A DNA stretch of 34,086 nt, taken from a virus. Its lineage: Duplodnaviria; Caudoviricetes. Shown here piece by piece: positions 1 through 8,560 of the stretch (the first letter of the stretch is position 1; every line of letters starts with the position of its first letter). The stretch covers positions 1 to 34,086 of IMG/VR virus record IMGVR_UViG_3300034523_000134, one strand, 5' to 3'. The translations under genes and the position numbers were made by a program. The notes beneath the pieces were generated by a model. It did not search any database and was not told the origin of the DNA. It saw only the letters and a list, made by a program, of their open reading frames with translations.

Positions 1-154
1 GCCCCGCGCTGGGCTGCGAAGCAGCCCCAAACCCAGGCACCTCGGTGTGTCAGCTAAACCACATCGCCTGGGATGGGGCCGCTTCGCAGCCCAGCGCGGG
101 GCAAGCCCGCTCACCACAGCAAGCCTGCTCACCCCAGAAAGCCTGCTCACCACG
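1..154. repeat. Host REPIN-like element: long inverted repeat plus tandem REP copies
   Basis: 1-28 (GCCCCGCGCTGGGCTGCGAAGCAGCCCC) is the near-perfect reverse complement of 75-102. Three tandem AAGCCYGCTCACC copies follow at 101-154. Resembles Pseudomonas GTGG-type REPs. Confidence 0.8.
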
Positions 155-235
155 AGAACCTCATTTTCTCAGGCTATGTCACCGAAGATATGCAGCCACC
201 AACCCTAACCACGATGCGAAGCGAGCCGCTCTTGC

Positions 236-240
236 TCTTG
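236..240 (+). repeat. Left 5-bp target-site duplication TCTTG
   Basis: Identical to 33665-33669. Removing the prophage and one copy restores the register of a (CTCTTG)5 tract. Confidence 0.88.
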
Positions 241-447
241 TGTGGGGAGGTTCTAGATATGGCACTGGTAGGATGTCGGTGGGATGAGCCGGGACAAAGC
301 GGGAGATAGTGCGACAGGCCAAGTCCTATAAGGGTTTCAGAAAAAGACCAGCCAAGAAACCAGTGCCAAATCAGCGCGAAGAAATAAACAGGTAAAAATC
401 AGGCTTCCCGCTGCCACCGAGACGGTTTAGCGAAACCTTTGGCATGG
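241..447. promoter_or_regulatory. Left end (attL) with putative transposase-binding sites
   Basis: GATATGGCAC at 256-265 lies at the same distance from the end as GATTTGGCAC at the inverted right end. Further copies: CAGTGCCAAATCAGCGC (361-377) and TTTGGCAT (438-445). Confidence 0.72.
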
Positions 448-489
448 GGCCCGGAGCCGTCTCGGTAGCGTGATATTAAACCTTGCCTG

Positions 490-1194
490 TCAAAGCCAGC
501 CACCAGCCCAAACCACCCGCCCCACGATCTCCAAGTCATTCAGATTCTCTTTAGATACCGTCATGGTTTGGTAAGCAGCGTTGGCACTGATCACTGCGAC
601 ACCGCCCCCTATCTGACGCTGCAACCGTTTAGCGTATAGATGGTCATCCAGGCGAATAACGTAGATAGCTTCTCCCTCCAGACTATTGCGACTGTGGTCA
701 ATCAGTACCGTGTCGCTATCACTTAGCACCCCTTCCATAGAGTCGCCGTCCACACGTATAGCTGAGAGCTTGGATGGCTCCAGGCCCTGCTTGCGCAACG
801 AGTACGTGGTAAACGCCAGGTGCGTGAGAACACGCGCGCCGTCTGTCCATGCGCCATGTCCAGCGCTGCAACGAGCGTCATACAACGGCACATAACTGTA
901 TTTGTCGTCCTCGATCACAGCAGGGGCCTGGTGTTGCTCACCGAACGCCAACCACATCGCCGAAACGTTCGCGGCCCGGGCGATCTGCTCCAGCCTATCC
1001 AGGGTCGGATAAGTCTCTCCACTCAGATAACTGCGTATAGCTCCCTCCGAAAGGCCGGATTCGCGCGCAAAACCGCGTGCCGCCGTCGTACCCATCGCCT
1101 CTTTGAGTCTGTCACGGAAGCATCCGATTGCTCCCAGTGGAATGGGATGCTGCGTTCCTGAAGCATCCGTTTTATCCGATCCCCTATAAGCCAT
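490..1194 (-). CDS. Phage repressor, XRE HTH plus S24 (LexA/CI-like) autopeptidase
   Basis: HTH FARESGLSEGAIRSYLSGETYP; CSAGHG cleavage-site region; GDSM catalytic Ser; YAKRL Lys; ends IVGRVVW. Divergent from ner. Confidence 0.93.
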   Translation of the reverse strand: MAYRGSDKTDASGTQHPIPLGAIGCFRDRLKEAMGTTAARGFARESGLSEGAIRSYLSGETYPTLDRLEQIARAANVSAMWLAFGEQHQAPAVIEDDKYSYVPLYDARCSAGHGAWTDGARVLTHLAFTTYSLRKQGLEPSKLSAIRVDGDSMEGVLSDSDTVLIDHSRNSLEGEAIYVIRLDDHLYAKRLQRQIGGGVAVISANAAYQTMTVSKENLNDLEIVGRVVWAGGWL

Positions 1195-1265
1195 TGATTT
1201 ATCTCAGTTATTCATTTTTCCGAGCGTAACGCGCACAAAAAAGAATCGAATGCTCGTTTTTCCGA

Positions 1266-1294
1266 TTGATATGCGCGTATATCCGCGCTATGTT
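1266..1294 (+). promoter_or_regulatory. Putative sigma70 early promoter (Pe)
   Basis: TTGATA (1266-1271), 17-bp spacer, TATGTT (1289-1294), upstream of ner. Confidence 0.6.
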
Positions 1295-1305
1295 TATCCG
1301 CAACA

Positions 1306-1320
1306 GGACGTTAGACGTCC
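1306..1320. promoter_or_regulatory. Palindromic operator candidate (Ner or repressor site)
   Basis: GGACGT-TAG-ACGTCC perfect dyad just downstream of the putative Pe. Confidence 0.45.
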
Positions 1321-1353
1321 CAAAAAAACCACCCGTGAAGATGGTTCAAAACT

Positions 1354-1689
1354 ATGAGCGATATCGACATGCCCACTGACCCTACTAGCCGATGGGAGTG
1401 GATCAAATACCAACTCCGCGTACGGGGCACCTCAATGGCGAAGCTTGCTCGTCAGCTTGAAGTTACTGATCGCGCAATCCGCAACGCCAAAAGCACTCCC
1501 TATCCGCGCATCGAACGGTCCCTTGCTGATGCCCTGTGCCTTGAGCCTTCCGACATCTGGCCCGAGCGCTGGAATGCCGATGGCACTCCACACCGGCAAC
1601 GCCCTGGGCGCGCGGAAATAAACACGTCCTACAACAAGGATACCGGACAACAGACGGTTGGACACTGTAAAGCGGCAAGGAGTGCCTGA
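1354..1689 (+). CDS. ner: Ner-like DNA-binding repressor (Ner/Nlp family)
   Basis: IKYQLRVRGTSMAKLAR...YPRIERSLADAL...SDIWPERW matches the Ner pattern; position opposite the repressor. Confidence 0.88.
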   Translation: MSDIDMPTDPTSRWEWIKYQLRVRGTSMAKLARQLEVTDRAIRNAKSTPYPRIERSLADALCLEPSDIWPERWNADGTPHRQRPGRAEINTSYNKDTGQQTVGHCKAARSA

Positions 1690-1691
1690 AC

Positions 1692-2132
1692 ATGCGTAAC
1701 CAAAAAGATGACAGAACATTAGACATCTTCTCTGTTCCGCAGCCGGTGCTTTCTATACCTGGTCACGGCAACTACGCCGCCCAGGTCAGCGAGCTGGTAA
1801 GCGAAGTCCTCAAAGAGTCCGACTTGGACCGCTATGAGATTGCGGCTCGCATGTCACGCCTTTCGGGCGACGACGTTAGCAAGAACATGTTAGACGCCTG
1901 GTCAAGTCCTGCCCGTGCAGATCACAACCTTCCTCTTTATCGAGCTGCTTTGCTGGAGGAAGTCTGTGCAAGCCATGTCCTGACGAATTGGCAAGTACAC
2001 CTGCGCGGCGGACGGGTCGCTTATGGTCGCGAGGCGCTCGACGCGGAAATAGGTCGCCTATCACGGGTGGCGCATGATGCAACGCGCAAAGTTCGTGACC
2101 TGAAGAAGATGTTGGGTGACGACAATGCGTAG
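1692..2132 (+). CDS. Conserved Mu-like phage protein between ner and transposase (probable DNA-binding regulator)
   Basis: SD AAGGAG upstream; EIAARMSRLSGDDVSKNMLDAWSS HTH-like segment; overlaps the transposase start. Confidence 0.7.
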   Translation: MRNQKDDRTLDIFSVPQPVLSIPGHGNYAAQVSELVSEVLKESDLDRYEIAARMSRLSGDDVSKNMLDAWSSPARADHNLPLYRAALLEEVCASHVLTNWQVHLRGGRVAYGREALDAEIGRLSRVAHDATRKVRDLKKMLGDDNA

Positions 2133-4158
2133 TTGGTATACAGCCCAGGAACTTGCGGGCTTGCCAGGGCTTCCGGGGACGGCACGCAATGTAAAAGCAA
2201 TGGCTGCACGTGAACACTGGGAAGGCCAAGCGCGTCTTGGAAGCAAGGCTGTTGAATATGCGTTCGCTATTCTCCCGAAGGTCACGCAGGCCGCACTGAT
2301 CGCTGCATCGGTCAGCGAAGCGGAATCGCAAACGGTTGCCGTATCAAAACCGGAAAGCACCGAGCGTGACACTATTTCGGCGTCACGCTTGAGCGAAGAT
2401 CAACGTTCTGTGATGACTGCTCGCCTGGCATTCGTACGTGAAATCGAACGTATGAGCCAGACCATCAGCCAGCAACGCGCCATCGACATCCTGGTCTCTT
2501 TGGCAAAAGCTGAACAGCTCACCCCCTATCTGAATGGCCTGGTGCAGCGCGCCAACGACCGCAAGACCGGCGACCGCTCTTTGAGCGAGCGCACGCTTAA
2601 GCGTTGGCTGGCCGATTATCGCAAAGAAGGTGAAACCGGCTTGGCACCTGCTCGCCGTCAGAAAGACATGAGCCTCCCTACATGGGCCGCGGCGTTCCTG
2701 GCCTGCTACCAGCGCCCAACCAAGCCCAGTGTCGAATCGGCCTATGCCGAGTTCGCCCAGAAGAACCCGGCCGAACGGCCAAGCATCCATGTAGTACGCC
2801 GCTTCCTTAATAAGCTCAGTGCAGAAGCTCGCGAGCGCGGCCGTCGTACGCCGCAGGAACTCAAAGCCCTGCAACCGTTCAAGCGCCGCTCTACCAAGAG
2901 CATGTACCCGTGCGACGTGTTCACCGCTGACGGCCACAAGTTCGACGCCGAGGTGTTGAATCCCCGCACTGGCAAGCCTTACCGCCCGGAAGCAACCACC
3001 GTCCTCGATGTCGCAACACGCAAAGCCCTGGGCATTTCCATCGGCGAAGCCGAGTCCACCATCGGCGTAATGGACGCCCTGCGGGATGCTATGCAGCACG
3101 GCATGTTCGCCATGTTCTACGTCGACAACGGCTCAGGCTTTGCCAACGACACCGTCCGCGAAGTGGTCGACCGTCTCGGCGGCACCATGACCCACGCGCT
3201 GCCTTACAACAGCCAGGCCCGCGGCCTTATCGAGCGTTCCCACCAGACGATTTGGGTCAACGCAGCCAAGAAACTGACCAGCTATATCGGCGCCGACATG
3301 GACAAGCATGCAGGCACAAAGGTGCATCGGATAGGCAGGAAAGAGCTGCGCGAAACCGGTCGTACCCGCCTGATTCCGACCTTTGCCGAGTTCATGGCCG
3401 GTGTCGAATACGAAATTGAAACCTACAACAACAGCCCGCACAGGGGGCTCGCCAAATTCCGCGACCCACTGACCGGCAAGCTGCGGCACATGAGTCCGAA
3501 CGAAGCGTGGGAAGCCGCACGCGCCGAAGGCTGGGAGCCAATTATTGCTCCGGCCGAGCTGCTCAACGATCTGTCGCGCCCACAAGTCGTTCGTCCGACA
3601 CGTCGCGGAGAAGTCACCTGGGCAGGTGAAACCTACTTTCTTGATGCCTTGCGCAGCTTTCATGGCGAAGAAATCCGTCTGGCCTACGACGTGCGTGATG
3701 CGTCCCGCGTTTGGGTCCGCACGCTTGAGGGCGACCTGATCGGTGAGGCACTGGTCGACGGCAACGCCTGCGACTACATGCCGAAAGCCATGATTGAGAA
3801 GGCCTACGACAAGCGCGAAAGCGGCCAGATGAAACGCGCTGTAGACAAGCTCGAAACGCTGACAGGCAAGCGCGTGGAAATGATCGCACCAACCAGCGCA
3901 CCGTCGGCGCAGCTAAGTCTTGAACAGATGGCCGATGCCCGCCGCTTCGCTGAACTGTCAGCGCCAAAGCCCAAAGCCTTCGACCTGCCCACCGACCCAA
4001 CTGCCCGCTATCGCCTCTGGAACCAGCTCGACGCCCGCCTCACCAGCGGCGAGCCGCTGTCGCCAGAGGAAACGCAGTGGCATTCCCGCTACCCGCAGCA
4101 CCCGGACTTCACCTCAATTCAACAAATGTTCGCGTTCGCCGAGCAGGCCCGCGCTTAA
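2125..4158 (+). CDS. MuA-like DDE transposase
   Basis: N-terminal Mu HTH (WYTAQELAGLPGLP), SERTLKRW HTH, DDE motifs ADGH / VDNGSGF / GLIER and a C-terminal Mu-transposase region. Start taken at ATG 2125. Confidence 0.96.
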   Translation: MRSWYTAQELAGLPGLPGTARNVKAMAAREHWEGQARLGSKAVEYAFAILPKVTQAALIAASVSEAESQTVAVSKPESTERDTISASRLSEDQRSVMTARLAFVREIERMSQTISQQRAIDILVSLAKAEQLTPYLNGLVQRANDRKTGDRSLSERTLKRWLADYRKEGETGLAPARRQKDMSLPTWAAAFLACYQRPTKPSVESAYAEFAQKNPAERPSIHVVRRFLNKLSAEARERGRRTPQELKALQPFKRRSTKSMYPCDVFTADGHKFDAEVLNPRTGKPYRPEATTVLDVATRKALGISIGEAESTIGVMDALRDAMQHGMFAMFYVDNGSGFANDTVREVVDRLGGTMTHALPYNSQARGLIERSHQTIWVNAAKKLTSYIGADMDKHAGTKVHRIGRKELRETGRTRLIPTFAEFMAGVEYEIETYNNSPHRGLAKFRDPLTGKLRHMSPNEAWEAARAEGWEPIIAPAELLNDLSRPQVVRPTRRGEVTWAGETYFLDALRSFHGEEIRLAYDVRDASRVWVRTLEGDLIGEALVDGNACDYMPKAMIEKAYDKRESGQMKRAVDKLETLTGKRVEMIAPTSAPSAQLSLEQMADARRFAELSAPKPKAFDLPTDPTARYRLWNQLDARLTSGEPLSPEETQWHSRYPQHPDFTSIQQMFAFAEQARA

Positions 4159-4182
4159 CCCAAGACCTTTAGGAGTCGAATT

Positions 4183-4902
4183 ATGAGTATTACCAAGATC
4201 GTTCCCTTGACCAACGTCGGCCTCTTGTCCGCCGCTATCGCCCGTACCCTCAGCCGTCCGGCAGGGTTGCCTGGCCTGGTAGTGATGTACGGCGCAAGCG
4301 GCCTGGGTAAAAGCGTCGGTGCGGCCTTCGCCGCAAACCAGCACCGTGCCTACTACGTTGAGTGTCGCGACACCTGGAGCAAAAAGGCTTTCCTGCACGC
4401 CATCCTTCGCGAAATGAGCATCCAACCGGCCACAACCATGTCGGTGATGGTCGACCAGATCGCCGAGCAACTGTCTAAGAGCGGGCGCCCGCTGTTGATC
4501 GATGACGTGCAATACCTGCTCGAAAAGGCGGTAGCCAACGTCCTGACTGACATCTACAACGCCAGCGAAGGGACCATTGTCCTGATCGGCGAAGAACGTG
4601 TGCCCGGTAGCCTGGCGAAGCTGGAACGCCTGCACAACCGGGTGCTGGAGTGGGTGCCTGCGCAACGCGCCACCCTCGATGATCTACGCGCCCTGGCCGA
4701 ATCCAGTTACCCGGAACTGCACTTCGCCGATGACTTGCTGGATGACCTACGCAAGAAGGTGAATGGCTGCCTGCGTCGCGTGGCGGTCAACCTTTACAAG
4801 GTCTACAGCGAAGCCCGCGCTCGCTGCATCGACAGTATCGATCTGGCTGGCTGGGGCTCTGATAGCTGGTTTACCGGCGAAGCGCCGTCGCGGAGGGCTT
4901 GA
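4183..4902 (+). CDS. MuB-like AAA+ ATPase (transposition target protein)
   Basis: Walker A GASGLGKS, Walker B LLIDD; directly after the transposase; SD AGGAG. Confidence 0.92.
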   Translation: MSITKIVPLTNVGLLSAAIARTLSRPAGLPGLVVMYGASGLGKSVGAAFAANQHRAYYVECRDTWSKKAFLHAILREMSIQPATTMSVMVDQIAEQLSKSGRPLLIDDVQYLLEKAVANVLTDIYNASEGTIVLIGEERVPGSLAKLERLHNRVLEWVPAQRATLDDLRALAESSYPELHFADDLLDDLRKKVNGCLRRVAVNLYKVYSEARARCIDSIDLAGWGSDSWFTGEAPSRRA

Positions 4903-4905
4903 GGT

Positions 4906-5517
4906 ATGCCAAGAATCAGAGCCGATTTGGTTATGGTGGGCGGTAAGTCCCCTCGCCAATACATTTGGGAAGCTATCCGCGCTGTCAACGCCGGGCCTAA
5001 AGCGCTGACAACCTACACTGTTGCGCGCAAATCGAACCAAGACGATCAAGCCGTACGTGCCTATTTCCGAGATATGGAAAAGGCCGGGATTGTCAGCAAA
5101 GTCCGCAACATCGACCACCGCGATTCCGAATGGACGCTGCTCAAAGACGAAGGCGTCGAAGCTCCACGGGTCAACCATCACGGCAAGCGTTCGACCCACG
5201 CAGGTGGTGTAGAAAACGTCTGGCGGGCGTTGCGCATCCTTGGGGAATTCACCGCCGCCGAGGCCGCAGTCGCTGCCAGCGTTAACGGCGTATCCATAAG
5301 CGAGTTTGGCGCTCAGGTGTATTTGTCGGGCCTGGCAAAGGCTGGCTACGTGACTCGCAGAGGCGGAACACCAGGCTTTAAAACGCGCTTTTGTCTGGTG
5401 CCGTCGCGGTATACCGGCCCCAAACATCCCATCTACCAACGTGACTTCGACCAGGTCTACGACCCGAATTTGGATCAGGTGGTGTGGCGCAAGGCTGACC
5501 AGGCGGCGACCAAATGA
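4906..5517 (+). CDS. Hypothetical early protein with probable winged-helix domains
   Basis: Two similar segments (IWEAIR..YFRDMEKAGIV and VWRALR..YLSGLAKAGYV); tightly packed in the operon. Confidence 0.7.
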   Translation: MPRIRADLVMVGGKSPRQYIWEAIRAVNAGPKALTTYTVARKSNQDDQAVRAYFRDMEKAGIVSKVRNIDHRDSEWTLLKDEGVEAPRVNHHGKRSTHAGGVENVWRALRILGEFTAAEAAVAASVNGVSISEFGAQVYLSGLAKAGYVTRRGGTPGFKTRFCLVPSRYTGPKHPIYQRDFDQVYDPNLDQVVWRKADQAATK

Positions 5518-5897
5518 ACCAGGTCAACCACCTTGCAGCTTGGGGTCAGGACGCGCCGTTGTTCGTACGCCTGCTCGCCGCCGAAGTCGCTGCAACCAAC
5601 AAGACAAAGGCCAGCCAGCGTATCGGCATGAGCCGCACGGCCGTCAGCCTGACCCTTTCTAACCGCTATGCATCTCCCAGCATGGCGGGTGTTGAGCGGC
5701 GGGTAATGGAAACCTTGGGGCGCATTCAATGTGTCGCCCTGGACGAGAGCGTCACCACGGACCAATGCCAAAGCTACCGCGAAAAACCGGCCCCTACCCA
5801 CAACCCGCAGGCAATGCAGCACTGGCGCGCCTGCCAACACTGCCCAATCAACCCCGACTGCTGCAACCAGGAGAACGCCCATGCTCGCCTCCATTAA
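5514..5897 (+). CDS. Hypothetical HTH protein with Cys-rich C-terminus
   Basis: ATGA overlap; KASQRIGMSRTAVSLTL HTH; WRACQHCP motif. Confidence 0.72.
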   Translation: MNQVNHLAAWGQDAPLFVRLLAAEVAATNKTKASQRIGMSRTAVSLTLSNRYASPSMAGVERRVMETLGRIQCVALDESVTTDQCQSYREKPAPTHNPQAMQHWRACQHCPINPDCCNQENAHARLH

Positions 5898-6204
5898 CCG
5901 CACGCAATTGAAAGTCCTGACCCCAACGCTGGCAGACCGTCTGCGGGTGTTCAACGCCGCCGCCCGCAACTTGCAGGCCCACGGCATCCGTGTGCAGGGC
6001 TTTCATCCGGCTGATAACCGCCTGGTGATCGCTCCGGAAGCGGGTCAGCGCCTGATCAACCTAGGTCATACCGAGGGCTATCAACGCCATGGCTCGGCCG
6101 GTAGCACCCGTTTCTACGTGCAGTTCCAGGGCGTGACCCTGGAGTGGCGCGAACCCATCAGCGCCTCCCGTCCTGCCGACTGGTCGCGTCAGACTCTCCA
6201 CTGA
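5881..6204 (+). CDS. Hypothetical early protein
   Basis: ATG 5881 preceded by AGGAG; fills the gap in the operon. Confidence 0.68.
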   Translation: MLASINRTQLKVLTPTLADRLRVFNAAARNLQAHGIRVQGFHPADNRLVIAPEAGQRLINLGHTEGYQRHGSAGSTRFYVQFQGVTLEWREPISASRPADWSRQTLH

Positions 6205-6215
6205 GGAACCTTGCT

Positions 6216-6836
6216 ATGACACAACAACAAACTATTCCCGAAGGCTATCGCGTCGACGCGCAAAAGCGACTGATCCCAGAAAGCATGATCAAGCCTATCG
6301 ACCTGGAGCGGGATGCCCTGGTGCTTGGCCTGGTGGAAAAAGCCCGCGCCGCCAGCGACGTGCTGGCGAAGTTCAAGGCCTCGGCTTTCGGTGATATTGA
6401 AGCCTTTGTCGAACTCAGCGCCGAGCAGTACGGCGCCCAGATCGGCGGGAAGAAGGGAAATGTCAGCCTGATCAGCTTCGATGGGCGTTTCAAGATCATG
6501 CGTGCCGTACAGGAAAGCATCGCTTTCGACGAACGCCTCCAGGCTGCGCGGGCATTGATTGACGAATGCCTACGGGACTGGACCACCGGGGCACGGCCCG
6601 AAGTGGTCACGCTGGTAAATGACGCCTTTCGGACTGACCAAAAAGGCGACATCCGTACAGCCCGCGTCCTGGCGTTGCGCCGTATGGAAATCACAGATGA
6701 ACGCTGGCAGCGCGCCATGCAAGCCATCGGCGACGCCTGCCAGGTGATCGGCTCCAAGTCCTACATTCGCGTCTATCAGCGTGTTGGTGATACCGACCAA
6801 TACGAACCCATCAGCCTCGACATTGCGGGTGTGTGA
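6216..6836 (+). CDS. DUF3164-family Mu-like phage protein
   Basis: GGKKGNVSLISFDG, FDERLQAARALID and SKSYIRVY..ISLDIA are typical of this family; ATG 6216 after GAGG. Confidence 0.85.
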   Translation: MTQQQTIPEGYRVDAQKRLIPESMIKPIDLERDALVLGLVEKARAASDVLAKFKASAFGDIEAFVELSAEQYGAQIGGKKGNVSLISFDGRFKIMRAVQESIAFDERLQAARALIDECLRDWTTGARPEVVTLVNDAFRTDQKGDIRTARVLALRRMEITDERWQRAMQAIGDACQVIGSKSYIRVYQRVGDTDQYEPISLDIAGV

Positions 6837-6837
6837 A

Positions 6838-7116
6838 ATGAAAAAGACCATCACCGCCTATTGCTTTTCATCCGGCCATATCGGCTTCGGCGTCACCCTC
6901 CCAGAGGGTGCCATTGCGCTAGCCACCGGCGAAGAAAAAATGGTCCGGGACATCCTTATCGCGTGCGCTCGATTATCTCGACTGGACAACGAAACGCTCT
7001 TTGTTCCCGGTGTTCCTGAGGCACAAAGCCCGCATGAAGGCATGACCGCCGTGGCGCGCTTTATCCAGTGGCTGGGTAAACGCAACCGGTCAGGTTTCAG
7101 AGCATCGGGGGCCTGA
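6838..7116 (+). CDS. Small conserved Mu-like early protein (family often labelled host-nuclease inhibitor; function unverified)
   Basis: AYCFSSGHIGFG..PEGAI..LFVPGVPEA pattern; starts 1 nt after the previous stop. Confidence 0.65.
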   Translation: MKKTITAYCFSSGHIGFGVTLPEGAIALATGEEKMVRDILIACARLSRLDNETLFVPGVPEAQSPHEGMTAVARFIQWLGKRNRSGFRASGA

Positions 7117-7118
7117 CC

Positions 7119-7535
7119 ATGCAGCGCTATCACGACACCCGCAGCGATCCGCTGCCGATGCATTCGCCGCAACACGACATCGAGCGCGCCAACCTCGACC
7201 GCCTGACTGCGGAGTTTCTGGCACGCGGCGGCAAGGTCCAGCAAGTCGGTCACCAGATGAGTAGCGCTCCGGCGACGTTCACCATTAACCCGGAGCGATC
7301 ACCGATTTATACCCACCTTTTTGCGGCTGCGCCCCCTGTGGCAGCACCTGAGGCAGTGGTGCCAGCGAAGATCGAAGGTTCTTTCCCGGACACCGACAAG
7401 CACGCGGCATTGATCATGGCCGATGCAGCTATGGGCAACTCGCCAAAGTGGATCGCACGCAAGCACCACATGACCGAGAAACACGTACGTCAGGTCGCCC
7501 GCGACTACCACATCACTTTCCACTCTCAGCGATAG
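7119..7535 (+). CDS. SutA-like RNAP-binding segment fused to C-terminal HTH
   Basis: ERANLDRLTAEFLARGGKVQQV resembles the Pseudomonas SutA core as I recall it (EFLSRGGKVQEI); C-terminal GNSPKWIARKHHMTEKHVRQVARDY is HTH-like. Confidence 0.65.
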   Translation: MQRYHDTRSDPLPMHSPQHDIERANLDRLTAEFLARGGKVQQVGHQMSSAPATFTINPERSPIYTHLFAAAPPVAAPEAVVPAKIEGSFPDTDKHAALIMADAAMGNSPKWIARKHHMTEKHVRQVARDYHITFHSQR

Positions 7536-7543
7536 GAGGCCCC

Positions 7544-7765
7544 ATGGCCAAGATCACCATCACTCTAGAAGACCGCCGCGAAGGCAACGGCAAACCGTCG
7601 GTAGCCGTCGACATGACAGGCGTACCGACTACGAACCTGGGCACCCCTCGCGAGACGGAAGCCGTGCGTATCTTCAACAAGCTGTTCGACCTGGTCGCTA
7701 GCGAAAAGATGTTGGGCGCCATTCCTGCCTGCCGCTGGCAACCCACCACCACGACCCTTCAATAA
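7544..7765 (+). CDS. Hypothetical early protein (73 aa)
   Basis: ATG 7544 after strong SD AGGAGG; its stop abuts hammerhead 1. Confidence 0.7.
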   Translation: MAKITITLEDRREGNGKPSVAVDMTGVPTTNLGTPRETEAVRIFNKLFDLVASEKMLGAIPACRWQPTTTTLQ

Positions 7766-7830
7766 GCGAAACCGCCCTGGACATCCGGGGTGGTCTGCCA
7801 GGCGTGGTTGCCTGGTACTGATGAGCAGCC
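7766..7830 (+). ncRNA. Type II hammerhead ribozyme 1 (predicted cleavage after GUC, C7795)
   Basis: GC-GAAA, stem III (ACCGCCCTGG/CCGGGGTGGT), C, stem I (TGCCAGGC/GCCTGGTA, loop GTGGTT), CTGATGA, GC (open stem II), then AGCC able to pair with loop I. All core nucleotides present. Confidence 0.9.
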
Positions 7831-7839
7831 GAGGAAAAG

Positions 7840-8256
7840 ATGGAACAAGCGGATTGGGATGCATTGAAGGAGCAGATGGCAAGCCCCTGGGGCCACATGA
7901 AGCTCAAATGTGATGGGTTTGAGATCAGCCTATCGCAGGAGACCGACCGCACTAAAAAGAGCTGGTCCACGGTGGTCTACGTGGATGGCTATTTGAAGGG
8001 CGTCTGGTTGGATTGTGACCACACAACCGGCGCGCCGAAGTACGAAGAAACTCGCCGTTTTTACCGCAAGGTCACTCGGGCTCTTCATACCAAAAGGGAT
8101 ATCGAGAGCTATCGAAAAATCTACGGTAAGCGCAAAGCCACCGAGATGGAGGCGATCAAGTTTTACACCTACGACTGGTGCTGGAAAAGCTTCAATTCCC
8201 TGAAAAAACACCTGCTGGCCAACAATACCAGCATCACCCGAATCCTTGAGATCTGA
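7840..8256 (+). CDS. Hypothetical protein, ribozyme-flanked cassette gene 1
   Basis: SD GAGG at 7831-7834; 138 aa, Lys/Trp-rich; function not recognised. Confidence 0.78.
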   Translation: MEQADWDALKEQMASPWGHMKLKCDGFEISLSQETDRTKKSWSTVVYVDGYLKGVWLDCDHTTGAPKYEETRRFYRKVTRALHTKRDIESYRKIYGKRKATEMEAIKFYTYDWCWKSFNSLKKHLLANNTSITRILEI

Positions 8257-8260
8257 CGTT

Positions 8261-8560
8261 ATGGAACGCAACTTGATTGAGTCCGTAGACCTGGGAAAAT
8301 TTGTTGATTGGGTCTGGGAGTTGAAGCGTGAGCGTGATGAATTGCGTGCCGCCGAAGATCAGCGAAATGAACTTAATGCCAAGCGCGATATGCATCCGAC
8401 AGCACAGGTCATCCTTCAGTGGAGTGACGATGGGCTGAATTGGTCAGACGGCAGCGAAGGCGAAATGGTCTCGGCACGTTGCGCGGGATTCAAAACTCGA
8501 AAGCTGTACCTATGGGACCAACCAATGCAAGCCAAACAAAACGATCCAGCGGTTCAGTGA
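8261..8560 (+). CDS. Hypothetical protein, ribozyme-flanked cassette gene 2
   Basis: ATG 4 nt after the previous stop; N-terminal coiled coil; stop abuts hammerhead 2. Confidence 0.7.
   Translation: MERNLIESVDLGKFVDWVWELKRERDELRAAEDQRNELNAKRDMHPTAQVILQWSDDGLNWSDGSEGEMVSARCAGFKTRKLYLWDQPMQAKQNDPAVQ

Noticed and set aside
101-154. Three short direct repeats as a CRISPR array
   Set aside because: 18-19-bp period with no unique spacers and no cas genes; they are REP fragments.
235-240. 6-bp target duplication
   Set aside because: Left CTCTTG does not match right TCTTGC; only the 5-bp TCTTG matches.
45-309. ORFs 45-287 and 73-309
   Set aside because: Run through REP repeats and across the prophage junction at 240/241.
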